A stretch of 64,000 nt of DNA, taken from contig OZ024743.1 of the NCBI GenBank assembly GCA_964016885.1, positions 121,954,001 through 122,018,000 on the forward strand, read 5' to 3'. The position numbers and the translations under genes are program-made. Position 1 is the first letter of the stretch; every line of letters begins with the position of its first letter. Shown piece by piece: positions 15,181 to 28,789 of this stretch. The notes beneath the pieces were generated by a model. That model saw only the letters and a program-made list of their open reading frames with translations, ran no database searches and had not been told where the DNA came from. This stretch comes from Eledone cirrhosa. Taxonomy: Eukaryota.

Positions 15181-15624
15181 ATCATACTCTGTATGAACAA
15201 ATTCATTCATCAACATATTTATTTATTTTACATTTATTTGGTGGCTGTAATTGCCAACTGTGAATTGTCACTATTGATGCGATGGTCCTCTACTGGGTTA
15301 TTGTAGCGTGACATACCCCACATCCCCACGTCAATACTGTCACCCTACCATTAAGCTTCCTGTTTACAAAAAAGCTAGATTTTGAATGTCTAATTCACAT
15401 ACCAATACACGCCCATGTGTGCATGCAGACACACATGAATTGTTACACACACACACACACACACACACACATGTGTGTGTATATACACACTAAGTTACCC
15501 TATCTATTACACGCCAACACCCACATATGCCCACATACAAAAATAAATAAGGCCAATGCTTATATACATATATATATACACCCATCATCTCACAAATCAC
15601 AACAAACACTTTATGTTTTGTCAC

Positions 15625-15722
15625 ATCGCCAGTCTGAAGAGCAGATCGATAATGGAGTTGGGTCCACAACTTCTATGGGTGACCCTGAGCAAATCCTCTG
15701 TGAAATGCACGTAACAGTCGAT
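15625..15722 (+). ncRNA. Degenerate type I hammerhead ribozyme with extended stem II
   Basis: atcgccagt-CTGAAGA-gcaga...tctgt-GAAA-tgcacg-TA-acagtcgat; stem I 7/9 pairs, stem II closes gcaga/tctgt, AATAAA at 15727-15732. Confidence 0.6.
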
Positions 15723-15775
15723 ACACAATAAAAATCTAAATACATGTAAAGGAAACTTCATTGTTCTTATTAATA

Positions 15776-16117
15776 TCATTTCATCATCATTTCATTTTAC
15801 GTCCGCTTTTCCCTGCTTGCAAGGGTGGCACGGGAACTGATTCTGGCTTGATTTCTACAGCTGGATGCCCTTCCTAACACCAACCTCATTTACAGTGAGT
15901 GCTGGGTGTTTTTTTGCCGTGGCACCTCCACGACCACTTTGCAGTGGAATGATAGGGACCCCAGTCCCTATCATCTCATTTCTACAGCTGAGTAAACTGG
16001 AGCAATGTGAAATAAAGTCTCTTGCTCAAGGAAACAACACATCACCCGGTCTGAGAATTGAACTCACAACCTTTCGATTGCAAGGCCAATGCTCTAACCA
16101 CTAAGCCATGTGCCTCC
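15776..16117 (-). mobile_element. SINE family A copy
   Basis: Reverse complement of the 14319-14665 element, full length from ggaggcacatgg to the (GAT)n tail. Confidence 0.9.
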
Positions 16118-16144
16118 ATATATATATATATATATATATATATA

Positions 16145-16420
16145 TCATCATCATCATCATCATCATCACCGTTTTACGTCCGTTCTTCCACGCTAGCATG
16201 GGTTAGACGGGTTGTCCTGTTGTGGGCAGTGTCTGGTCGGCTGACCATGCCTTGCTCATACAGGAACTGATCTGGCTTGATTTCTACAGCTGGATGCCCT
16301 TCCTAACACCAACCTCATTTACAGTGAGTGCTAGGTGCTTTTTCGTGGCGCCTACACGTCCACTTTACAGTGTGGGCTGGGTGCTTTTTTGCCGTGGCAC
16401 CTCCACGACCACCTTGCGGT
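16145..16420 (-). mobile_element. Non-autonomous RTE-tailed element (SINE body plus RTE 3' tail) abutting RTE-A
   Basis: Shares ggtcgtggaggtgccacggcaaaaaagcaccc...ttggtgttaggaagggcatccagctgtagaaatcaagccag with SINE A, but ends in a different tail (acccatgctagcgtggaagaacggacgtaaaacggtgatgatgat). Confidence 0.75.
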
Positions 16421-16450
16421 GGGGGGGGGGAGGCATATTGTTTATATGCT

Positions 16451-18281
16451 TCAGCATGTACCCATGGGAGGTCGGGTACCCTGTATTACTGCGTGACGCC
16501 AGAAGTCACGGTCGTGTGTCATTGACTTTGAGAGGTGTAGTTGGGTAAGGTCGGCTTTTATCACCTCATCCCAAGTCATCTTGGGTCTCCCCACTCCGCG
16601 GTTTCCATCAACTTCTAGTGCTCTGCACCTTTTTATGCAGCTGTCATCCTTCATACGCATCACATGTCCATACCAGCGTAACCGCCTCTCCTGCACGCAG
16701 CATTTGATTCCTCTTATGCTCAGTCTCTCAATTCATTTATGCTTTGTCGTTCACGTATATTACTGTTACACATCCATCGGAGCATGCAGGCTTCGTTTCT
16801 CTCTAATCTACGTAAGTCTTCCACCTTCAGCGCCCAGGTCTCACTACCATGCAACATCGCTGTTCGGATACACGCATCATACAGTCTGCCTTTCATTCTG
16901 AGGGAGAAGCCTTTTGCAGCTAGCAGTGGTAGTAGTTCCCTAAACTTCTTCCATCCCGTTCTTACCCTAGTTATTGTACTTTCTGAGCACCCACCTCCGT
17001 TGCTAATTCGGTCACCTAGGTAGCAGAAGCTGTCTACTGTTTCTACAGGGCCCTCCCAGAGATTGGTGGTACTTGTTTCCTGTGGCTGTTTGCTTGCTGT
17101 TTCAGCACAGCTGCTGCATGTGAATCCTACATTCTTAATTAAGCTTCCTGAGATCCCGCTACATCTCTTGTGTACCCATTGTTTGCATTTGGGGCAAAGA
17201 ATGGAGTTCCTACCTACACCTTTCCTACATACTGAGCAAGGCCATTTCCCTGAGGGGATCTGGGTTCTGTTTTCTCGTCTACTTATAAGGACCTTAGTCT
17301 TTGTCATGTTGACTTTGAGGCCCTTTCTCTCTAGTCCCTGCTTCCAGGTTTGGAATTTATTCTCTAGTTCTACCATAGATTCAGCTATGAGTGCGAGGTC
17401 ATCAGCATACAGGAGTTCCCATGGGCATCCGGTCTTAAACTCCTCCGTTATTGCCTGCAGGACTATGATGAACAGGAGAGGGCTAAGAACAGAGCCCTGG
17501 TGGACCCCAACCTGTACGCTAAATTCCTCGCTATACTCATTGCCAATCCTAACTTTGCTGACTGCTCCCCTATACATGGCTTGTACCGCTTTCACAAGCC
17601 ATTCATCTACTCCTAGTTTTCTAAGAGCCCACCAGATTACTGCACGTGGAACTCTGTCAAAGGCTTTCTCAAGGTCGACAAATGCCAAGTAGAGTGGCTT
17701 ACTTTTAGCTAGGTACTTTTCCTGTAATTGCCTCACAAGGAAGAGGGCATCAGTGGTGCCTTTCCCTGGTACAAACCCAAATTGCATCTCGTCTATATTC
17801 ACCCGGTCCCTAATCAGCTGTGCTATAACTCTTTCTGTTACTTTCATGACCTGGTCCATCAACTTTATACCTCTATAGTTTCCTCTATCTAGTGCATCGC
17901 CTTTACCTTTGTAGCAGTTGACAATGATGCTACTGCACCAATCTTTTGGTATGGCCCCCTCTAGTATTACCTGGTTAACGATACGTGTGGTTATAGTGTG
18001 ACCTACAGACCCAGATGCCTTCAGCATCTCGGCAGCTATACCCGATGGACCGGTTGCCTTCCCTATCTTCATATCTCTGATTGCCTTACTTACTACGCTG
18101 CCGCTGACTTGTACTGCTGGTCCCTCTATAGGGTCTACGTGGGGTAGGGTCTCTTCTTCCCATGCATTCTCCTCATTTAGTAATCTATCATAATGACTCT
18201 TCCATGCATCTTTCTTCTCAGCACTTGTGAGGGCAAGCTCACCTTTATCATTCCGGATACACTTCTCTCCAATGACATCAC
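16451..18281 (-). mobile_element. 5'-truncated RTE-clade LINE (RTE-A): RT domain, PHD-like finger, C-terminus
   Basis: Translation shows [71 protein letters not shown]; one small frameshift near 16725. Confidence 0.96.
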
Positions 18282-18289
18282 ATATATAT

Positions 18290-18370
<81 letters not shown>

Positions 18371-18624
18371 CATACATACATATATATATATATACATACA
18401 TATATATATACATACATATATATATACATATATATATATATACACATACATATATATATACATATATATATATATACACATACATATATATATACATATA
18501 TATATATATACACATACATATATATATACACATACATATATATATACACATACATATATATATATATACATACATACATATATATATATATATACATACA
18601 TATATATATATATACATACATATA

Positions 18625-18665
<41 letters not shown>

Positions 18666-18682
18666 ACATACATACATACATA

Positions 18683-18714
<32 letters not shown>

Positions 18715-18939
18715 CATATATATATATACATACACATATATATATATATACATACATATATACATACATACATATATATACATACATACATATATATATA
18801 TACATACACATATATATATATATACATACATATATACATACATACATATATATATATACATACATATATATATATATATACATACATATATACATACATA
18901 TATATATATACATACATATATATATATATATATACATAC

Positions 18940-18970
<31 letters not shown>

Positions 18971-19006
18971 CATACATATATACATACATATATATATACA
19001 TACATA

Positions 19007-19042
<36 letters not shown>

Positions 19043-19067
19043 CATACATATATATATATATACATAC

Positions 19068-19100
<33 letters not shown>

Positions 19101-19190
19101 CATACATATATATATATACATACATATATACATACATATATATATATACATACATACATACATATATATATATACATACATACATACATA

Positions 19191-19230
<40 letters not shown>

Positions 19231-19264
19231 CATAAATACATATATATATATATATACATACATA

Positions 19265-19296
<32 letters not shown>

Positions 19297-19418
19297 CATA
19301 CATATATATACATACATACATATATATACATACATACATATATATACATACATACATATATATACATACATACATATATATACATACATACATATATATA
19401 TATATACATACATACATA

Positions 19419-19464
<46 letters not shown>

Positions 19465-19529
19465 CATATATATATATATACATACATACATACATATGAT
19501 ATATATATATACATTCATATATATATACA
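18282..19529. repeat. Compound (TA)n/(CATA)n microsatellite, ~1.25 kb
   Basis: Directly visible. Confidence 0.97.
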
Positions 19530-20003
19530 TCATCATCATCATCATTTTACGTCCGCTTTTCCCTGCTTGCAAGGGTGGGACGGGTCTTATTCAGCACAGC
19601 ATCTCTCCACTCGTCACGGTCCCTCGTCATCTCCACTGTGAGCTTCAATGATCTGAGGTTTGTTCTCACCACCTCCGCCCATGTTTTTCGTGGTCTACCT
19701 CTACCACGTCTTCCTTCAACTGGCAATTCCTGGCACTTCTTCACCCATCAGTCATCCTCCATGCGCATCACATGTCCATACCACCTCAGTCTCCTCTCCC
19801 GTACACTACATTCTATCCCTCTCAGACACAGTTTCTCCCTCAACACATTTATGCTGGGTCGGTCACGCACATTTACACTGCACATCCAACGGAGCATGCT
19901 TGCCTCATTTCTCTCCAGCCGTCGTATATCCTCTGCAGTTGCTGCCCATGTCTCACAACCATGCAGCATCGCGCTCCTCACACAGGCATCATACAACCGG
20001 CCT
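19530..20003 (-). mobile_element. 3' fragment of second RTE LINE (RTE-B) with (GAT)n tail
   Basis: [19 protein letters not shown]...[38 protein letters not shown]...[13 protein letters not shown] then aatgatgatgat; paralogous to but distinct from RTE-A. Confidence 0.93.
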
Positions 20004-20070
20004 GTATGTATATATATATATATGTATATATATACACACATATATATATATACATATACATATATATACA

Positions 20071-20134
<64 letters not shown>

Positions 20135-20136
20135 CA
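20004..20136. repeat. (TA)n-rich microsatellite
   Basis: Directly visible between two LINE fragments. Confidence 0.95.
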
Positions 20137-20141
20137 TCTAT

Positions 20142-20830
20142 CTAAGGCGGGTAAAATTCCCGAGATCCATGGACGAGTTCTCTCCAGCGGTCTCTGTCCC
20201 TCATTATCGCTGCCATATCCTGCATCTCCAACAGACCAGTGTCTGTCCTTAGGGCATCAACATATGTTAACCTTGGTCTTCCTCTTCTAGTGTGTCCATG
20301 TAGGGGCTCCCAAAGGAGCACTGAGTGCAATGTCAACTCTGGATGTCGGTGAGCATGTCCAGCCAACCTCAGTCTTCTCTGTGTCACTTTTGAGCTGACT
20401 TTTGGGATGCTCCCATACAGCTCTGAGTTTTTCATCCTCAGTGTATACTGATTAATGTTCAGAGCCATCCTCAGCATTCTCGTGTAGCACCCATCCACCA
20501 TCTGAGTGAGTCTCTTGGTCAGTGTCCAAGTCTCAGACCCATACAGCAGCACAGACTCCACTACAGCAATGAAGAGGCGGATTTTCAGGTCTCTACGAAG
20601 GTCTGACTTCCACACCGATCTCAAGCTGTGACACGCCGCCCAGGCCTTGCTCTTCCTCTCAACCACATCATCTTCCGTATTCCCAATCTTTGCTCCCAAA
20701 TACAGGAAGTCCTCAACCAATTCCAGCGGCTTCCCGCCTACATTAGTGATCCCCTCTGGCTTCTCAACATTCTCTACCAGATATTTTGTTTTAGTCTCAT
20801 TCATTCTCAGCCCCACACTCATCGACACAT
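20142..20830 (-). mobile_element. 3' fragment of third RTE-like LINE (RTE-C), uninterrupted frame
   Basis: [11 protein letters not shown]...VEDFLYLG...[15 protein letters not shown]...[12 protein letters not shown]...[21 protein letters not shown]...DRDRWR. Confidence 0.92.
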
Positions 20831-21825
<995 letters not shown>

Positions 21826-22784
21826 ATATGTATATATATATTATATGTATTGAAACAAGCCAGAAACAGTTCTGTATTAGCAAGACATGGTCATCTATTC
21901 TAATTTGTCTCACAATGCATCAACTCGTCTCATCCATGCTACCATGTAAACATTAAATGGTGATGATGGTGATGATATTTTTCTTTTTTTTTTACATCCT
22001 CCTTCTCCCAGTAAGGTGATAGTGGAGTAGTCATGATAAAATTCTCCCAGTACACACTGTAAAGTGTTTGGTGTTAGGAAGGGCAGCAGCCTATAGAAAC
22101 CAAGCTCAAAACAGACTGTTCATGCAAGACTTAGTTACCTGACTAGTTAAGCCTCAGTACGTGACAACCCATCTAATCCATTCAAGCATGGAAAAAATAG
22201 ACATTAACTGGTGTTGACAATGTATATATATATAGGAAAAGTAATGACATTGATGATGAATATAAACAATAGAGCTGAAGAAAAAGCGTGTGCGTAGTGT
22301 TCTACATACTAAATATGCATATGTTAGAGTTTCAGTTTATTTGTCCAAACCTTATTTATACATGTTTTATTGGGTGAATAATTTTTGCGATAAGAAAAAG
22401 CCAACACAACTAAGGATACGCCTTAAATTCCAAAAAGAAATATTTAAGAGGATTGGTCTGAATATAGAACAAGAAAAGATAGAAACTTGATTTAATGCAC
22501 TCAAGGTTGGAAATGACAGTATGATAAGCAGGCTGTCAACATATCACAAAAAAACTGATCTCTAGGTAACCCACTTAAGCAATGAATTGTAACAACTGAA
22601 GTGACAGATTGGTAGTTTGGTGACAAGTTAAAGATAAAATATTTTATTTAGATATTGAGCTTTTCAGGGCATATGACAGACAAACTGAATCTCAGTAGGG
22701 TCAAATGGTATGTTCTGTTCATTGCTAAAACACTTAAATTTGACTAGTATTATGGGAACTCTGAGTTAGATATATCCATAAACA

Positions 22785-23002
22785 TTAACCTTTCATTACC
22801 ATATTTCTAATGAAATTCCCTGTATTTGAATTAATTAATGAAGAATTTGGAAGGATTTACTAAAACTATTAACTACTTCATCATTAAAATGGTATTTGTA
22901 ACATAACTTTACAAAAGGTTTTTATAGGAATCCTTTAAAATGGGTGGTTCTGTATCATAGAATCAGAGACAGTTTTGGCCAAGCTGGTATGAAAAAGGTT
23001 AA
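22785..23002. mobile_element. TTAA-flanked MITE family 2 (piggyBac-like)
   Basis: ttaacctttcattacca ... tggtatgaaaaaggttaa inverted termini; relatives at 40360-40573, ~51960-52300 and ~60255-60469. Confidence 0.7.
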
Positions 23003-23081
23003 ATCTTTTGAGTCTTGTTAAGCTGGAGTAATGATATCAGATCTTTAAAAATAAATCAGTAAGAAAAAAAAGAAGACTTAC

Positions 23082-23174
23082 ACCATCATCAATTCCAATT
23101 ACAAGGTTGTCCATAGTTATTATATTTCCTCCCATCAGCAGTATCTCATCACTGGGATGTTGATCTCCACGGTT
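23082..23174 (-). CDS. Exon of PH-domain protein (middle strands of the PH domain)
   Basis: ttgctctttttag|93 nt|gtaagt; phase 0-0; NRGDQHPSDEILLMGGNIITMDNLVIGIDDG, continuing the PH domain from 24031-24174. Confidence 0.85.
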
Positions 23175-23217
23175 CTAAAAAGAGCAAATATAAAATAAGA
23201 ATAAAATATGGTTTTGT

Positions 23218-23480
23218 GGAGGCATGTGCCCTAGTAGTAAGACTGTTGGACTTATGATCATAATGTTGTGAGTTTGGGTTGTATGTTGTGTTCTTGAGCA
23301 AAACACTTTATTTCACATTGCTCCAGTATACTCAGTACCAGCAATAGCTGGGGGTTTAACCCTGTGATGGACTGACATCCTGTCCAGGGGGGAGTCTTGT
23401 ACTCTCAGTAGCTTCATGTCATGAAACCAGAGTAAGCATTGGTCTAATGAGTCTTCTGGCTTAAGACAGACTTTAGACTT
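23218..23480 (+). mobile_element. Diverged tRNA/CORE-like SINE with a different 3' part
   Basis: ggaggcatgtg head, ttcttgagcaaaacactttatttcacattgctccagt shared with SINE A, then ccctgtgatggactgacatcctgtccagggggg body. Confidence 0.7.
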
Positions 23481-24030
23481 CAGAAAGTAATTACAGGTTT
23501 TCAAGTTAATATATATATAACCAAATTTCATAGCTGATAAGATTTGCATAAAGCAAATTCTTAGGATGTTGGTCTGCAAACCAGAACATTAATAGTTCAA
23601 ACTCTGATATTCTGTCTTTTGTAAGTATACTAAGCTGTTGAAGATGCAGTTTGCCTTCTATAAATGAAACTCACCCTTTAAATCATCAAACACAATGACA
23701 AACATTTCTTTGCTTGCAGTACAAGGTTGGTTCAAATCTTATTGTAAAACATGGGTCAGTTGAGATTTTACTGAGCTGAACAACTCAAGAGAAAAGAAAC
23801 ATAAATTTATGAAGAAAGATCTTAATGAAATCTGAATATATTAACAAATTTGACCAATACTTCTGAACTACTTCACACTGTTAATTCATAGAATGTTACT
23901 CTGTATACTAACAGAATTACACAAAGATAAAATAAGTATGATATCCCAATAATACCTTTATTGGTTAGTGTATAATTATAGAAATATTAAAAAAAGTAAT
24001 TAAGTTAAAAATACTCTGTTTCAAACATAC

Positions 24031-24174
24031 ATCATAATAAACAAGCCTTCCTTTTTTAGCTATAAAATATCTTCTTTTCCAAGTTTTCAGCAAGGTAGAC
24101 TTTTTTTTATTCATGGGTAGTTTCTCCATCACTCCTTCCATTTCAATAAAATCTGGGGAAAAATCGTGTGTATC
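24031..24174 (-). CDS. Exon of PH-domain protein (N-terminal PH strands)
   Basis: tatcttcttcag|144 nt|gtatgt; phase 0-0; DTHDFSPDFIEMEGVMEKLPMNKKKSTLLKTWKRRYFIAKKGRLVYYD has the classic PH pattern EGxxxK...WKRRYF...LxYY. Confidence 0.9.
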
Positions 24175-25531
24175 CTGAAGAAGATATATATAATGATTAA
24201 ATTTTATTTAAGTATAATTTATATTTCCTTAAAAACATAGAAAATGTCCAAAACAAAACAGCTTAAATAAAAGAGTAATAAGAGGAAGGGTTGTCTTGAT
24301 AACCATTGGTCAGAAACAGTGGATTGCTGGCAGATTACCCACCCCTGCTTTTGCTGGAATCCAACTGATGGCACTAGCTATCAACTTCCAAAATTTATAG
24401 CTAAGACTTTCAAATGTTTATTCATAAACATACTGTATATGACTAGATATACAAATACACATACACACACACACACATACATATATATATATAATGAGCA
24501 AGGAGAATCAATATGTAAATATATATTTATATACTGAATCACCATAGAGAACCAAAATGTAAATATATATTAATATCAGCACAAGGAATCAATATATATA
24601 TATATATATATAGTTTAATAAATAAACAGAGAACAAAAAACAGAAAAACGAAGAGGCAGTACAAATGATATTAGTATTAGTTTCACGCTTGAGAGTGGGA
24701 TATATATATAGAATCAGCATAGAGAATCAATTCAAAAATATATATTTATATACATATTTACATATTGAATCAGCATGGAAAATCAATATGTTTACACAGA
24801 AATTAAAACAGTCCCTCATCAGCGTATGCCACTTAAATATAATTGCAAATATCTAACAGATCATTTTAAGTAGTTATCATAACTTATTGGCACATTCTTC
24901 ATTTCTTTTTTCACTTATTTATATACCCACTTCTTTTTTCTTTCATGTATTAATATTTTTTCTGATAATAGTTACCCTTTTAATGTAAACCAATGTAATC
25001 ACCGTTAGCAAAAACTACAAAGAAGTATGCAAACATCTTCTAAAATATATTTTTACTTCAAAACCAATGTTATAATTTCTTTAACCTGTATCTTTTTCCC
25101 CCCTTATGGCACCAGCTGTAAATTAATAATGGGGACATATTAATAAATTTTCAATTAATATTAATTGCTCAATATTCAAAAATACAATTACAAAAGTTTT
25201 CATTTTATCACAGTAAAATGTCACACAAAGGATTTTAAAATATAAAATGGCAGGGAAAATTTATTCAGTCAAAATTTTCTTGTTTCTCCATGTTTTCCAT
25301 AGAGTTTACCAGAGAAATAGTGGTATTAACCCTTTTGTTACTACATCTCTAATAAAAAAATTAAAAAAAGTCTATGTATTTCAAATGATTTCAAAAATAA
25401 TCAAGAATTTTGAGAGATTTAGTAAAATAATTAACTTTTACCATTTTAAAGCCATTTTTAAGCTAGTGTTTTTTAAACCCATAAGTGTATTTTATTGATG
25501 AACAGAAGTATACAATATTTAAAAAATGTAT

Positions 25532-25760
25532 TTAACCCTTTAGCATTTACATTACTCTATATATACTATTATATTTTCACGGTAAACACTTTATCTTACA
25601 TAATTATCTCACATAATATCGAATCTATGAGATTTTGATATTATTTATTTTGAGAACAATACCTTAACATTAGTATGAGTGGTCAGTTATGGCTGATTTG
25701 AACAGAAAGAGGGGAGAGAATTCTGGCTGAATATGGCCAGATTAAATGCTTATGGGTTAA
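25532..25760. mobile_element. TTAA-flanked MITE family 1 (piggyBac-like)
   Basis: ttaaccctttagcattta ... aaatgcttatgggttaa; same internal sequence as 59326-59574. Confidence 0.85.
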
Positions 25761-25854
25761 AAATGAACAGGAAGAGAGAAAAAGAAAGAAAACATTAGGA
25801 ACAAAAATATAATGAAAAATGGGAAGGGAGGGAGCAAACTCTACACCCTTGGCT

Positions 25855-26090
25855 GCATCTCTGCTGCATCCCACAGATATGATGGCAAAAGCAATGCCTT
25901 GGAGAACAGCTAGTGACAAAAGATGCATCAACCATTCCACCTCATGAGGCTCCTTGCTCAGGTTGGATGAAGTCCTCCTAGTTTTATGGATGAAAATGGC
26001 AGTCTGGGGACCAAGGACATTGGAGGTCATGATGATGACTTGCACAAAAAGGAAGTGTTTTATCAAATCTCAGCATTTGGATATCATCAC
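25855..26090 (-). mobile_element. Degraded CRE-clade non-LTR retrotransposon C-terminal endonuclease remnant
   Basis: HFLFVQVIIMTSNVLGPQTAIF...SKEPHEVEWLMHLLSLAVLQGIAFAI resembles the F.P.A.ET.G..GP ... E..WL.QRLS.A..RGNA pattern. Confidence 0.65.
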
Positions 26091-26393
26091 TCCTTACATA
26101 AATTATGATGGAAAGTTTGAATTTAAATATGAACATTTTGTATCTTAAAACTAGAGCCGGTTTCAGGCAGTTTGCTACCAGATGGGTTCAGTAAAAGTTT
26201 TTAGTCAATCACATTCCAACAACAGAACAACTTATTTGATAAAGCTTTATTTTGGGATGGTACATCTGAATAGAAAACTCTACTAGACACTATAGTAACC
26301 AGAAGTTTCTTCATAGTGACCACATTTGGACCTAATATCTAAAATAACATAACCTGTACTATATTCATGTGATCATACTCAATGGCATTTAGT

Positions 26394-26625
26394 TTAACTT
26401 TTTAACATTTGCATTACTCTATATTTCCTACTGCATTTTCGTGGTAAAGGCTTTACCTCATATAACAATCTCACACAATATCGAATCTATGAGATTTTTA
26501 TATTATTTATTTTGAGAACAATACCCTAACGTCAGTATGAGTGGCTAGTTACAGCCAGTTTGAACAGAAAGAGGTGAGAGAATTCTGGCCAGATATGGCT
26601 GCCAGCTTAGATGCTAAAGGGTTAA
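26394..26625. mobile_element. MITE family 1 copy
   Basis: Aligns by eye to 59326-59574; right end atgctaaagggttaa intact. Confidence 0.85.
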
Positions 26626-28154
26626 TTGCAAATTCTATCAGGATAGATTTATTATTTTATTTCTTTAGTTTAAATAACATTTATATATAATACAGAGATA
26701 TTTTATTTGACTGACAATGATATTATATTTCCTGTAATATACTGTACAATAATGGGCTTGATGGAAAATATATAATTATAAAGTTGATAATAAGAATGTG
26801 TCCAAACAAGTTATGTGCAAATATTGAGTTACTGGATTAGATAGACAATAAGAAACATAATGTTCTTAGTCAGCTTTGTACAATATTCTTAATTTGAAAG
26901 AAATACAAGAGCAATAAATAAGATAATAAGCATGCAAAAAAAGGTCATCTTCTAGGATCTATGTTAGATAATCAATCTAGTTGGATATACATGTCACTGA
27001 GATTAACTGGTACAAAATGTTTAAAGTGGAAATTGATTCAACCTCTGTACCGGCAGTGTTTGTAGGAGTATCAAGATGGGTTGTGTGTATTTAAGTTACT
27101 GAAGATAATAACCTCAGAGAAGAACAAGTTGAGATGAATATCTTCAATTAGAGAAGATAAAGTCAAACAACTGCTGATTGTTAGGATAGTTTGGAAAATA
27201 GATGACACAGCAGAAAAACACTGAAGTAAAACTATTGAAAAGAACACATAATGTAACTTGATTTGTAATGTTTTCCAGTAAGAAATATTTTTTAAGACAT
27301 TGCAGAATGTTTTTAACTTTGTATATCCATAATAAATATTTCTGAACTTTTTAAATCAATTCATAGAAGTTATCTTTTAAATCTTACATATATTTTGACT
27401 TTCTACACAAAATAAATGATATTTATTTGGATTTTTGTCTCTCTGCTACTTCAAAGGGTTAAACAGAACTGGTTATTTCAAAATCAAAGAAATACTTTAT
27501 AATATAACGAAGACTGGCATATAATGTTTTCAGCATCATCATTCTCATCATTGTCGTTTTAGTGTTTGCTTTTCCTGCTAGCAAAGGTTGGACAGGTCCA
27601 TATAAGCCAAGTCAGCACTGAAGCGGAGCCACTGATCTCCCAGAGAGGCCAGGGAGCTGTGCGCTTATGTACAGTCTTATGTTCCATCGAGTGGTCAGAA
27701 GAGGTTGTGATGTCTTTGACTCAACTGAGGGTCCTCCTAACTCTTTGTTTGGCAAGATTTCTACAGCTGGATGCCCTTCCTATCACCAACCACTTTACAG
27801 TGTGTACTGAGTGTGTTTATCAGGTATCATCAACACTATGGAGGTTGTCATGTTTTTGACATAGTTGAAGGGTCCTCCTGACTCTTTGTCTGGCAAGTTT
27901 TCTATGGCTGGATGCCCTTCCTATCACCAACTATTTTACTGTATACTGGGTATGTTCTCATATATAATATATTCAGTTCTTGTCTCATTCATGTTCTATT
28001 AGTCTTTAAATCCTTACATAAAAAAATATAATAAAAGAAATGAGAATATCAAAGTTATTTTTATCACTAAAAATAAAAATAACTGATAAAATTAATATAA
28101 CTCAATCAATAAAAGGACTTGAAATTATGAGACATATTATTTATGAATGCATAT

Positions 28155-28350
28155 CATCATCATCATCATCGTTTAACGTCCATCTTCCACGCTTGCATGG
28201 GTTTGGACGGGAGTTTTCCCACTTGAGGCAAGATTGGTTGTCTTGCTTGTGTAGGACTGTCTGGCGGGTTTTCTACGGCTGGATGCCCTTCCTAACACCA
28301 ACCACGTTTACAGTGTGGACTGGGAGGTTTTTACCGTGTTACCTACGCGT
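28155..28350 (-). mobile_element. Short RTE-tailed non-autonomous element
   Basis: Near reverse complement of 37588-37803; ggaagggcatccag motif and cccatgcaagcgtggaagatggacgttaaacgatgatgat tail. Confidence 0.75.
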
Positions 28351-28374
28351 GTTATATCCACACATATATGTGTG

Positions 28375-28419
<45 letters not shown>

Positions 28420-28544
28420 AAGAGAGAGACACACCCTTCTTTGGTTCACACCATGATTAGTGGGAAAATGAAAACATAATAATTATTCATAACAGGAAAT
28501 AACTGTTATAATGGAAATATTTGTAATAAAATATAAAAACTTAC

Positions 28545-28589
28545 ATCAGCAACCAAATGGATATTGTATAAATCCGTAAAAAGTGCAGA
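28545..28589 (-). CDS. Candidate 45-nt frame-preserving exon
   Basis: ttttattttcag|45 nt|gtaagt; SALFTDLYNIHLVAD open in phase 0. Supported by splice signals only. Confidence 0.3.
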
Positions 28590-28789
28590 CTGAAAATAAA
28601 ATTTGAAATACTTAGAATAAACGCTGGCATATTAAAATTAAAATCATACATAAAATAGAGAAAGCCATCAAACAAATACATTAAAATGTGCAAGCTATTT
28701 AGAAGTTGGTAATATTTCCTATTTACTTTTCTTTTTCTATTGAATAAATACAATTATGAATCATAATGAACATCAATATAATATATATG

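Noticed and set aside
22412-22457. Next PH exon after GIDDG (TNPLKYFFLEFKAYP*)
   Set aside because: Good acceptor but an early stop and no PH C-terminal Trp helix.
24650-24830. Possible split hammerhead on minus strand (ggcatacgCTGATGAggga ... GAAAc)
   Set aside because: The halves are ~130 nt apart across repeats, with no convincing stem II or III.
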